A stretch of DNA of 64,000 nt, taken from positions 2,764 to 66,763 of IMG/VR virus record IMGVR_UViG_3300047539_000162, one strand, 5' to 3'. Positions within the stretch are counted from its first letter, which is position 1. Each line of letters opens with the position of its first letter. Shown piece by piece: positions 28,710 through 36,647 of this stretch. The DNA is from a virus. Lineage: Duplodnaviria > Caudoviricetes. The position numbers were made by a program, and so were the translations under genes. The notes below the pieces were generated by a model. The model ran no database searches. It saw only the letters and a program-made list of their open reading frames with translations, and was not told where the DNA came from.

Positions 28710-29921
28710 TCAAGCAGCAATCGACTGACTTTTCCCTAACTCCGCAAACGAATTGTTGACCTTCTGCCGGGTTTTTGCGCTCTTGTCATCACTACCGGCC
28801 AAGTAACGGAGTGTAGTGTCAAGGCTGGAATGGCGGAGCCAACGTTGGATGGTCCGCACAGGAACATCGGCCTCATGGTGCATCGTTGCGAACGTTTTTC
28901 TGAAACGATGCAAACCCCAGTGGTGGCATATCGCTTTGTCTTTGCAGCAATGACCGGCACGGTTGTAGCAGCCTCCGCAATTGAGTCCTGCCCGATAGGC
29001 GAGACGCTGGAGTGTCCGGAGCATGTGGCCGTTCGGCTTGCCGTCAGGCAGGGGGAAGATGAGCCGTGTGTCAGGATACCGTTCCCGACGAGCCTTGAGC
29101 AGGGCAACCAAAGAGTCTGCAATGGGGATGGAGCCTTCTTCTTTGTCTTTCGGGGTGAAGCCAAGGTCGAGTTTCTCAGAGACCTTGAAGGCCCCCCCGT
29201 TGAAGTCCACATCCTTCCACACGGCAAACATCGCTTCCTGCTCACGGACGCCAGTACCGAGCAAGAACTGAAAAAGTTCGAACTCCTCCAGATTTGCCGC
29301 TGCAAACAGGCTCTGCAAATCCTCCAAACTGTACGCCTCAACGGTCTTCTCCGTGAACTTCACGCGGTCGGTCTTGAGCATCGGCCATGCGAGGTCGAAG
29401 TGCTTAAAAAACGTCTTGAGGAAGGCGAGGCGGTTGGCAATTGTGCGAGGCGTCAAGCCGGAGTCTCTGAGCATGTCCGTGTACTTGAGCACATCTTCGC
29501 GGGTCATTGCCTCGATGGTCTGAGCCTCGCAGACCTTGGAAAACCAATCTAGGGTAACGCTGTACGCAAGATGGGTCTTCTTCGACTTGCCACGTTTTAC
29601 CTCGGACAGATACAGCGTGACGGATTGAGGGAAATCCCGACCTGAGGTCGTCGGCTTCGCTGGCTCGACAGCAGTGGATGCAGATACGGCACCCGTGACG
29701 GTTGCCCTGCGGAGAGCAGCCTCTTTGTTGATGAGTGCGGTCTGGGCTTTGTCGGCAAACCGGCCAACAGTCTTGGCCTTCTTCGCCTTCCCCTCGTACC
29801 AGAACAGCACGAAGGTTTCGCCCTCGGGGAGGTCGGCAAGCTTCTTGGGTGGCTTGCGATACCCTACTTTACTTCTTATGTATAGTTTGCAGGTTTTGTT
29901 CGCCATTTTTGTCTCCAGCAT
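28710..29921 (-). CDS. int: Tyrosine integrase (left element)
   Basis: GTGVREQE (R), LHRFRKTFAT (HxxR), RHSSLDTTLRY (H, Y). Confidence 0.95.
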   Translation of the reverse strand: MLETKMANKTCKLYIRSKVGYRKPPKKLADLPEGETFVLFWYEGKAKKAKTVGRFADKAQTALINKEAALRRATVTGAVSASTAVEPAKPTTSGRDFPQSVTLYLSEVKRGKSKKTHLAYSVTLDWFSKVCEAQTIEAMTREDVLKYTDMLRDSGLTPRTIANRLAFLKTFFKHFDLAWPMLKTDRVKFTEKTVEAYSLEDLQSLFAAANLEEFELFQFLLGTGVREQEAMFAVWKDVDFNGGAFKVSEKLDLGFTPKDKEEGSIPIADSLVALLKARRERYPDTRLIFPLPDGKPNGHMLRTLQRLAYRAGLNCGGCYNRAGHCCKDKAICHHWGLHRFRKTFATMHHEADVPVRTIQRWLRHSSLDTTLRYLAGSDDKSAKTRQKVNNSFAELGKSQSIAA

Positions 29922-29953
29922 GGAAATACTGGGAATCTGGCGACTTGAGCGAT

Positions 29954-29975
29954 TTTAGTAACAGGGTTTAGTAAC
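29954..29975 (+). repeat. Direct repeat tttagtaac x2; putative integrase arm-type sites
   Basis: At 29954-29962 and 29967-29975, between the int start and the att core. Confidence 0.55.
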
Positions 29976-30005
29976 GGAGAGAATATCTTCTTTAGAATCA
30001 ATGTC

Positions 30006-30022
30006 TGGCGGAGAGAGGGGGA
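30006..30022 (-). other. att core: 3' end fragment of a tRNA (probably tRNA-Ser)
   Basis: The reverse complement, tccccctctctccgcca, is a T-stem/acceptor 3' strand ending in CCA. No 5' tRNA half is adjacent, and it lies between two divergent integrases. Confidence 0.75.
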
Positions 30023-30129
30023 GTATCGGCCTCCCCTCATCCAGCACTGGTTTATTTCCTAGCTAGCAATCTAGCTTACTTTTTGCCCCGACGCCTTCAT
30101 TCCTCGGTATTAAATCCGAGGAGAGAGAA

Positions 30130-31407
30130 ATGGCGAAACAGACAGTGGCTCTGTTGTTGAGAGTGAACATAGACGGCAAACAATCCTACCTGAAACCTGT
30201 CGTCAAAAATGGCAAAATGCGTGACCTGTGGGCTGAATACAAAGGGGTCAGCCAACAGTTTGACTCTGGCACGTACACGATCCGATACAAGCAAGACGGA
30301 AAGTTGGTGTACAAAAGCGTGGGGCAAGCTCTTGATGCTGCCCTAATGGCTCAGAAACGGAAAGAGATCGAGCTACAGGCTAATGCTGTAGGTCTCCCGG
30401 TTGGAATCCCTGTTTCGGATTCGAATCCCCGATCTGAGCGTCAACCTTCTGAACCCAAGAAGCCTCGACTCAAGCTAAGGGATGCCCGCGACCAGTACAT
30501 TGACGATATATCCGCTCGGAAATCTTGGAAGACCGCAGACGGGTACAAGCACAACGTAAACTCCTTCATCCAAGCCTGTCCTGATGTCGAGTACATGGAT
30601 GAAATCAAGCGTGAACACGTGGTCAAGTTCATAAACTTCCTGAAAGATGTGCGAGGAAATTCGGCCAGAACTCAACGCAATCGGGTCGATGAGTTTGCCA
30701 CCTTTATGCGCTTCTTTGGAGGAGAACTGCCGATGCCGAATATACACCGGCCCCGGTTCACCGAAAAGGAAGTCTTTGCCTATACCGAACGGGAGATTCT
30801 TTCCCTACTAGAACACGCAGAGCGCGATGATCTACTCGTCCTTCAATTCTTCTTGGCATCTGGCGCCCGCGAGCAAGAGGCGATGTATGCTTGCTGGCCA
30901 GATCTCAATTTTGACAACAACACTTTCACTGTCCGCCCCAAAGAGGACCTGGGTTTCACTCCCAAAGACTTTGAGGAACGAACAATCCCGATGCCTACCT
31001 ATCTGATGAACGAGTTGAAACTACACCGGGCAGCGAATCCGGATGAACGCCTAGTGTTCACTACTGACTCAGGTGGTGTGGAGGGTCACTTCCTCCGTAA
31101 GTTGAAACGAATAGCTCTACTGGCAGGATTGAACTGCGGCTGGTGTAAGAATAAGCAGGGGCTGTCATGTAAAGAACACCCTGTTTGCAAGCACTGGCAT
31201 CTGCACGCATTGAGAAAGAGCTTTGCGACCAGGCACCATGAGAGCGGCGTGAGTGCTCGGACTTTGCAGCAATGGCTTGGGCATTCAGATTTGGAAACAA
31301 CACTGCGTTATTTGGAAGCGGGAAGCTACGACAGCGATAGTACCCGATTGGCGGTAGACAAGTCGTTTGACCATCTGCTGCGTCCCCGTCCACAGTTGGT
31401 TGCATAA
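30130..31407 (+). CDS. int: Prophage tyrosine integrase
   Basis: ASGAREQE, LHALRKSFAT, LGHSDLETTLRY. Confidence 0.95.
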   Translation: MAKQTVALLLRVNIDGKQSYLKPVVKNGKMRDLWAEYKGVSQQFDSGTYTIRYKQDGKLVYKSVGQALDAALMAQKRKEIELQANAVGLPVGIPVSDSNPRSERQPSEPKKPRLKLRDARDQYIDDISARKSWKTADGYKHNVNSFIQACPDVEYMDEIKREHVVKFINFLKDVRGNSARTQRNRVDEFATFMRFFGGELPMPNIHRPRFTEKEVFAYTEREILSLLEHAERDDLLVLQFFLASGAREQEAMYACWPDLNFDNNTFTVRPKEDLGFTPKDFEERTIPMPTYLMNELKLHRAANPDERLVFTTDSGGVEGHFLRKLKRIALLAGLNCGWCKNKQGLSCKEHPVCKHWHLHALRKSFATRHHESGVSARTLQQWLGHSDLETTLRYLEAGSYDSDSTRLAVDKSFDHLLRPRPQLVA

Positions 31408-31434
31408 GCCGACTTAAAGAGACGTAAGCAGTAT

Positions 31435-31462
31435 TAGACCCTCCAAGCCATCGGAGGGTCTA
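31435..31462 (+). promoter_or_regulatory. 10-bp hairpin between int and xis that sequesters the xis Shine-Dalgarno
   Basis: tagaccctcc (31435-44) pairs with ggagggtcta (31453-62); the TTG start is at 31467. Confidence 0.65.
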
Positions 31463-31466
31463 CATT

Positions 31467-31667
31467 TTGACAATTGCAGAACAACTCAAATCATCCAAGG
31501 GACTGCTGTCTGTACAACAAGTGGCCGAGGCGCTGGCGGCGCATCCGCAGACTGTCTACTCGTGGGCGCAAGAAGGCAAGCTCCCTTACTTCCGGATCGG
31601 TGGCAGAATCAAGTTCGATCCGACAGCTATTGCCGATTGGTTGAACCGTCGAGCGAGCAACAGTTAA
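31467..31667 (+). CDS. xis: Excisionase (HTH_17)
   Basis: LLSVQQVAEAL..HPQTVYSW..EGKLP.FRIGGRIKFDP. Confidence 0.88.
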   Translation: MTIAEQLKSSKGLLSVQQVAEALAAHPQTVYSWAQEGKLPYFRIGGRIKFDPTAIADWLNRRASNS

Positions 31668-31680
31668 GGTCTATCTGATT

Positions 31681-31769
31681 TCCATTGCGACAGCCATTCT
31701 GGAATATTTATTTTTGCCGCGACTAACTAACATCGCTCGGTGGTAGTTATCCATTGCGACAGTCATTCT
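31681..31769 (+). promoter_or_regulatory. 20-bp direct repeat tccattgcgacagYcattct x2 (operator/promoter candidate)
   Basis: At 31681-31700 and 31750-31769 with one mismatch; core tccattgcg also at 32692-32700. Confidence 0.6.
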
Positions 31770-31854
31770 TATTGCCTAACTGGTGTTTACTTCTGGAACT
31801 CACACGCGTTTCATGAGGCTCTCGACAATAGTCGGGAGAAGAGAGAATCACAAA

Positions 31855-32253
31855 ATGACCGAACTGACAGAAGTAACAATTCCTCAATCCTTGATTGATC
31901 AGCAATCCAGCTTAAACTCGACCATCGCCCAGATAGTCGCAGAGCAATCCGCGCTCACCACAAAGAAGGCGGAAGCTGAGAATTCTCTGCTCAGGATCAA
32001 TAAGGTGATTGCGATTTTGAAGGGCGAAGAAGTTCTTTCGCCAGCCGGTGGCGTAGGAACGCGCCGTCCGATGTCCGAACAGGCCAAGCTGAATATCAAA
32101 AACGGTCTGATTGCCGCCGCAGCACGGAAACGCGAAGCCAAGGCCGCGTCAACCGTTAGCCAAGCCCCTCAGATCGATTCTCAGGAGTCCGCACCGGCAC
32201 CGGCACCCGTTTCCCCGGCGGATACCAAGGGCGGCAAGAAGGCCACGAAGTGA
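31855..32253 (+). CDS. Coiled-coil phage early protein
   Basis: 132 aa from MTELTEV; coiled coil plus a basic/Pro-rich tail. Confidence 0.7.
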   Translation: MTELTEVTIPQSLIDQQSSLNSTIAQIVAEQSALTTKKAEAENSLLRINKVIAILKGEEVLSPAGGVGTRRPMSEQAKLNIKNGLIAAAARKREAKAASTVSQAPQIDSQESAPAPAPVSPADTKGGKKATK

Positions 32254-32540
32254 CGCCGCTACCGCTCGGAAAATGCGTTGCGACACCGGGCGCAATTGAA
32301 GCGATGCGAGAGGCCGAAATTTCGCCATCCTCTTTGCTAGATCGTCATCGATCCGGGGATTGGGGTCAGCTCGACTCCCACGACCGGAAGGCAAACCAAC
32401 AGGCGCTGATTGACGGCAGTCGGGTGTTCTCCGTCTACGTCCTGCCTGCGACCAACGTAACGGTCTGGTGCATCACCGAAAGTGTTGATGATCAGGGCGA
32501 GCGGGAATCAACTTGTTTGCTTTTGCCCGACGAATACTAA
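32250..32540 (+). CDS. Conserved plasmid/phage-related small protein (H..GDWG ... LLP.EY family)
   Basis: VATPGA, RHRSGDWG, N..AL..G.RVFSVY, TCLLLPDEY. Confidence 0.85.
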   Translation: MTPLPLGKCVATPGAIEAMREAEISPSSLLDRHRSGDWGQLDSHDRKANQQALIDGSRVFSVYVLPATNVTVWCITESVDDQGERESTCLLLPDEY

Positions 32541-32565
32541 CCCTCGCGCACGCGTATGCGCACAC

Positions 32566-32593
32566 AAGGCCGTCCTAACCGGGCGGCCTTTTT
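32566..32593 (+). terminator. Rho-independent terminator
   Basis: aaggccgtcc-taacc-gggcggcctt followed by ttt. Confidence 0.8.
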
Positions 32594-32745
32594 GTGTCAG
32601 TAACCTGTTACCAAAATGTTGGGGCGATCAGGGACATTGCTGTTACCAGAGTTCATGGGTGCCCTAGAACACAGAAACTACTTAGTAACAATCCATTGCG
32701 TTTTAGAGACAACACGGATCACCATCAGTGTAGAAGGAGTGAGTT

Positions 32746-33090
32746 ATGGCAACCAAGAATATTCCACCCGCCGTGCGCAAGCAGATTGCGGCTGGTATCA
32801 AGGCACGCTGGCAAGTGCAGTTCGCCAAGGACACTGGCCAGCACAACATGGCCACGTTCAGTCGGATGCTTCGCAAGTCCATCTATTACCAGGAAAACGC
32901 TGATGATGCCTACAACTGGATTGGTCCACTTCGTGATGCGACGCCGAAGAACAGTCCATTTCGCGAGCCGGTGAGCACGGCCTTTGAAGCCGTTGAAGCC
33001 GTTATGAACGGAGTGGCCACGCACCCTGATCCAGCGGTCACGCGGCTGGCAAGAACCTTTCGCAAGCATTTGACGTCCACCGCAGTTTAA
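32746..33090 (+). CDS. Phage early hypothetical protein
   Basis: 114 aa, AGGAG RBS. Confidence 0.75.
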   Translation: MATKNIPPAVRKQIAAGIKARWQVQFAKDTGQHNMATFSRMLRKSIYYQENADDAYNWIGPLRDATPKNSPFREPVSTAFEAVEAVMNGVATHPDPAVTRLARTFRKHLTSTAV

Positions 33091-33124
33091 CCGCAACGCA
33101 ACCAATCCAAGGAGAACAACAGTT

Positions 33125-33355
33125 ATGAGAGCTAAAACGTATGGGCACGGGGTGCTCAGGATTCTATTCAAGGAAGTGCTTCAGGAAATGCCTCCTGAAC
33201 TGGCCGACCAGATGGTCGCAGGGTATCAGGCTGGCCGGAACATCAACCTGATTCTGGGCGACAGCCGTCACGGCAAGTTCTGCAAGACCGCTTTCAGCAT
33301 CGGTTTGACTGATTCTCAGGAGTGGCGGGATCACGAGTCTGATGAGGCAGCGTAA
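33125..33355 (+). CDS. Phage early hypothetical protein
   Basis: 76 aa, AAGGAG RBS. Confidence 0.7.
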   Translation: MRAKTYGHGVLRILFKEVLQEMPPELADQMVAGYQAGRNINLILGDSRHGKFCKTAFSIGLTDSQEWRDHESDEAA

Positions 33356-33412
33356 CTCAACCAAGGGGTCGGACCGGCACCGGCCCCGCAACCAACAATG
33401 GAGGAACTCTAC
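33356..33412 (+). repeat. Hairpin-RBS cassette repeat, copy 1
   Basis: caacc..ggggtcgg-accggca-ccggcccc-gcaac...tggagg. Confidence 0.85.
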
Positions 33413-33691
33413 ATGTCACTAGCTGATGCAATTTCCGATGCCGAAGGCAATATGCAGCACTACCTTACCGACGAATTCTGGTCAAGGGATTACGAATGGA
33501 ATCGACCTCGAATCAATGCCCTGCTGAAAGAAATGCGCCGTGTTCGTCTCATGCTTGATGTACGAGGAACGTCACGCGAGTGTCTTTGGCCTCATGTGCT
33601 TCCAATCAGAGATATTTTGGAAAAAGAACGTTTGACTAAGGCAGACCATGAGGCAATCAGCAAGCTGATTGATGCCTTGCCTGGGGCCTAA
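33413..33691 (+). CDS. Cassette ORF 1, hypothetical
   Basis: 92 aa; the start follows the repeat's GGAGG. Confidence 0.7.
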   Translation: MSLADAISDAEGNMQHYLTDEFWSRDYEWNRPRINALLKEMRRVRLMLDVRGTSRECLWPHVLPIRDILEKERLTKADHEAISKLIDALPGA

Positions 33692-33746
33692 ACACCAACC
33701 GGGGTCGTGTGCCCGGCCCCGCAACAGATTTGGAGGCAATAAACAA
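33692..33746 (+). repeat. Hairpin-RBS cassette repeat, copy 2
   Basis: caacc-ggggtcg-tgtgcc-cggcccc-gcaacagatt-tggaggcaataaa. Confidence 0.85.
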
Positions 33747-33935
33747 ATGGAAGCAACGAACACTATGTATATCGCACTCGACACGGACCTGTTCCGCAGA
33801 ATCCACGAGTCGATTACCGACATGGAATTTCTCATTGATGAACTCGACGAGTCGCGTGATTTGATGGGGGACGTAATGAAGGCAATGACAACCTCGAAAG
33901 AAATTCTGGAAGCACTTGTGGTGGTCCCGGCATAA
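33747..33935 (+). CDS. Cassette ORF 2, small acidic coiled coil
   Basis: 62 aa, D/E-rich. Confidence 0.7.
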   Translation: MEATNTMYIALDTDLFRRIHESITDMEFLIDELDESRDLMGDVMKAMTTSKEILEALVVVPA

Positions 33936-33995
33936 CCAATCAACCGTGGGGCTGGCCCGGCACCGGCCCCGCAACAGATTCACTGGAGGCAATAA
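33936..33995 (+). repeat. Hairpin-RBS cassette repeat, copy 3
   Basis: caacc-gt-ggggctgg-cccggca-ccggcccc-gcaacagatt-cac-tggaggcaataa. Confidence 0.85.
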
Positions 33996-34253
33996 ATGGA
34001 ACCAGAAATCGATGTACTGGGGCAGGAACCCTCTCCGCACGATGTCTTCAACAATGCGCTCTACGTTGTAATTGGTCAACTCATGAAGGATGTCGAATGT
34101 GAGCCGGAAGTCAAGAATGAAGTCGCCGATGGTGTTATGGATGTCCTGCACGCCATGTACATCTTCGCTCCATATGGAGGCGTAGCACACGACATCATCG
34201 GCGAGCATTTGAAAAGAATCAGACTCGCAATGCCGACATCAACCACGCTGTAA
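33996..34253 (+). CDS. Cassette ORF 3, small acidic protein
   Basis: 85 aa, D/E-rich. Confidence 0.7.
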   Translation: MEPEIDVLGQEPSPHDVFNNALYVVIGQLMKDVECEPEVKNEVADGVMDVLHAMYIFAPYGGVAHDIIGEHLKRIRLAMPTSTTL

Positions 34254-34257
34254 CACT

Positions 34258-34287
34258 GGGGCAGCTTCGCGGCTGCTCCTTCAGTTT
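34258..34287 (+). terminator. Probable terminator closing the cassette array
   Basis: ggggcagc-ttcgcg-gctgctcc followed by ttcagttt. Confidence 0.55.
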
Positions 34288-34330
34288 GATAATGTCCGGC
34301 AACTTTCGGTTTCTCAATACTGAATCAGAT

Positions 34331-34561
34331 ATGAGCAAATCCGCGAAGGCAGTTTGGAAATCGCTGCACCGGCCCAGTCGAGCACTTGAACGGCTGCTGT
34401 CGAGGAAGTCTCCGGTGTCAGCAGAGGGGTGCGTGGTCAAAGAGGAGGATGTCAGGGAATTGGAATTACCCAAGCGGCCAATTTGGGAAACTGAGCCAGC
34501 GGACAGTATCGAATCAAGGTCCGAAGCGCCAGCGGAGGATTCCAAGGTAGCGGCCTCATGA
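34331..34561 (+). CDS. Hypothetical protein
   Basis: 76 aa from MSKSAK. Confidence 0.45.
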   Translation: MSKSAKAVWKSLHRPSRALERLLSRKSPVSAEGCVVKEEDVRELELPKRPIWETEPADSIESRSEAPAEDSKVAAS

Positions 34562-34574
34562 ACCGCTCGACAAG

Positions 34575-34620
34575 TGATGGGGTGTTTTCTCAGAGCACCC
34601 CATCAGCCTTACTGAGAAAG
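34575..34620 (+). promoter_or_regulatory. Predicted H-type RNA pseudoknot abutting the RBS of 34629
   Basis: S1: 34575-84 with 34596-605 (10 bp perfect). S2: 34586-93 with 34612-19 (8 bp perfect). Confidence 0.6.
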
Positions 34621-34628
34621 GAATTGTC

Positions 34629-35147
34629 ATGATTGAATCGGCAGTACCCATCCCCATTTCTTGGGACAATGCAAAGTCAGGTGACTTCTTGCTGATTGTC
34701 AGCATCGGTAAAGAAGATGATAACCAAGAAGACTACACCTACAGATACTATGACACTCTTCTTGTCCTGAACCGCGAGAAGGAGATACTTCAGCAGATCA
34801 CCAGTGTGCTCATCAAGCGCAAAGATGACGAACGGAAGTGCTCTATCGAGGAATTGATCTACCCGGAAGAAGTGCTGGAAGGATCTAAGAAAACCAAACT
34901 CACCTATGATGGCCCGGAAGATGACTACTTCTGGGTTGGAAGCATGGAGAGTCTTGGACAGAGTCGTTTCCATGAAGTCATGGAAGCTGCTGAGAAGATG
35001 TATACCGAAGCCCGCGTGAGTTACCAGACTCGTCACAACCAGAGTGATACCGAAGAGATACTTCGTCGAAATCTTGAATCCTTCGACAAGGGAGAATTCG
35101 TTCAGCAATTGAATAGAGCGAGGGAATATGCAAGACAGCGAGTTTGA
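34629..35147 (+). CDS. Phage hypothetical protein
   Basis: 172 aa acidic ORF. Confidence 0.75.
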   Translation: MIESAVPIPISWDNAKSGDFLLIVSIGKEDDNQEDYTYRYYDTLLVLNREKEILQQITSVLIKRKDDERKCSIEELIYPEEVLEGSKKTKLTYDGPEDDYFWVGSMESLGQSRFHEVMEAAEKMYTEARVSYQTRHNQSDTEEILRRNLESFDKGEFVQQLNRAREYARQRV

Positions 35148-35328
35148 TTGGAGCAATAAGACACTTCAGATATTTGTTGGTGGCGATCCTATCGCTGTTT
35201 ATGAAAACAACGATAGGGATATCGTCATTCGTAAACAGGCGACATATGGAATTGACGACGAAGACAAGTTCATCGTGATCCCGCGTCTCTATGTCCCGGT
35301 TTTGATTCACGCACTCAAGCAGTTGTAG
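35128..35328 (+). CDS. Small hypothetical protein
   Basis: About 60 aa between 35147 and the replication gene. Confidence 0.55.
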   Translation: MQDSEFDWSNKTLQIFVGGDPIAVYENNDRDIVIRKQATYGIDDEDKFIVIPRLYVPVLIHALKQL

Positions 35329-35336
35329 GGGGAAGT

Positions 35337-36647
35337 ATGGCTGTTATCAACGCAGAAGGGATGTTCAATGGAGAACGACTTCGTGCCTGTACAGACGAAG
35401 CACAACTTCACTGGCCTCGTTTTCTAACACTCAGTAATTCCTTCGGTCGCTTCGAAGTGGATTATGGCCGGATAGTGAGCGCGGCCTATTCCAGTTTCAA
35501 GGCAGTTCCGACGTTTGATCAGGTTATGGGTTTTCTCAAGGAATATCAGGACAACTATCTCCTGTTCATTTACACAGCAGCGAATGGTTCACTCTGGGCT
35601 GAGTGGACAACGGAAAAAGAGAATCTACGCACCTATCACTCCAAAGCTGACTCGGAATCTCCGTCACCGGATTTGAAGATGCTTGAAGCATTCCGTCAAG
35701 CATATGTTGAGTTCAAAAACAGCAAAAAAGCTAAGTTGTTTGGATTGATAGGGGTTTCAAAACCTTCCGGATTTGTCCCGATTCATCCGGAACCTTCCGG
35801 ATTCATTTCCCCTGGAGCTGGTATTGGTGTTGGTATTGGTGTTGGAAAAGGGAATGGAGCAGGCGAACCGAAACAGTCCAGTCAAGACAACAACCAGTCC
35901 AGTGCAGAGCACAGTGCGGTGCAGGGTTCGGTTTCGTCCACTTCTTCTCCTTCGGAGACAAAGACAAAAACCTCTTCCGTTCGTGATTCTGTTCTAGCTA
36001 CTATCCGTTCATCTCACTTTGGTGGTGCAGGACCACTTGTTCACGAGAATGATCCTCTATTCCCGTACATCTGTCTCTACACTGAGCAAGCCAAGGCATC
36101 ATTTTCTGAGGATGAATGGCCTGATGATACCTACCTGTCTCAAATGGATAGAGCATCTGTCCTGGCTTGGTCAACTTTCGTTTCTTCCGTTCAAATGATT
36201 AGGGGGATCGCACAATATCTTCCCGACCTGCATCATCCTACTGACACCGAAGGAATGATTGAGTTTCGGATGGAAGACATCGAAAGCGTCATGAAGGGCA
36301 TGTGCGGATTTCCTGGAAGTCCAGATGAAGCCCAAGTCAACTGTTCCCTGCTTGAGTTTTGGGCGAAGATTTGGTGGGCATTTACAAAGTCGGATCATTG
36401 GCCGAACAAGCTCAAGACACTTGCCGATGTGATTCTGAACTGGAAGTTCATTGACAGTCAGTATGGCAAATACTACGGGCGAGTTCCTGATGGAAAGAAA
36501 CCGCATGATTTGAACGCTGGTGTTCCTCCGAAGGCAGTCAGGGATGATGAAGAAGACGACAATGTTCAAACCACGACATACCGGAAAGGCCCGAATGTTT
36601 CATTTGATGACGACGAAGTGGTGTTAGACGACGTGGAGTCATTCTGA
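35337..36647 (+). CDS. Putative phage replication initiator (replisome-organizer-like N-terminal winged helix)
   Basis: N-terminal ...L.W..FL..S...GRF... pattern, a G-rich linker carrying DNA repeats, and an early-region position. Confidence 0.6.
   Translation: MAVINAEGMFNGERLRACTDEAQLHWPRFLTLSNSFGRFEVDYGRIVSAAYSSFKAVPTFDQVMGFLKEYQDNYLLFIYTAANGSLWAEWTTEKENLRTYHSKADSESPSPDLKMLEAFRQAYVEFKNSKKAKLFGLIGVSKPSGFVPIHPEPSGFISPGAGIGVGIGVGKGNGAGEPKQSSQDNNQSSAEHSAVQGSVSSTSSPSETKTKTSSVRDSVLATIRSSHFGGAGPLVHENDPLFPYICLYTEQAKASFSEDEWPDDTYLSQMDRASVLAWSTFVSSVQMIRGIAQYLPDLHHPTDTEGMIEFRMEDIESVMKGMCGFPGSPDEAQVNCSLLEFWAKIWWAFTKSDHWPNKLKTLADVILNWKFIDSQYGKYYGRVPDGKKPHDLNAGVPPKAVRDDEEDDNVQTTTYRKGPNVSFDDDEVVLDDVESF
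35761..35843 (+). repeat. Iteron-like repeats inside the replication gene (putative ori)
   Basis: aaccttccggatt at 35761 and 35791; ggtattggtgtt x2 at 35820-35843. Confidence 0.55.

Noticed and set aside
18356-29921. Phage satellite (PICI/P4-like) call for the left element
   Set aside because: It has int and xis, but no primase/helicase, small terminase or capsid-size genes were recognised; kept as a generic island.
30006-30100. Intact tRNA gene
   Set aside because: Only 17 nt of the 3' end match; the adjacent sequence does not form D or anticodon arms.
33356-33995. CRISPR array or integron attC interpretation of the hairpin repeats
   Set aside because: The units are separated by whole ORFs of unequal length and there are no cas genes. 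Only one copy has an RYYYAAC, none has a GTTRRRY end, and neither integrase shows an IntI-type insertion that I can recognise.
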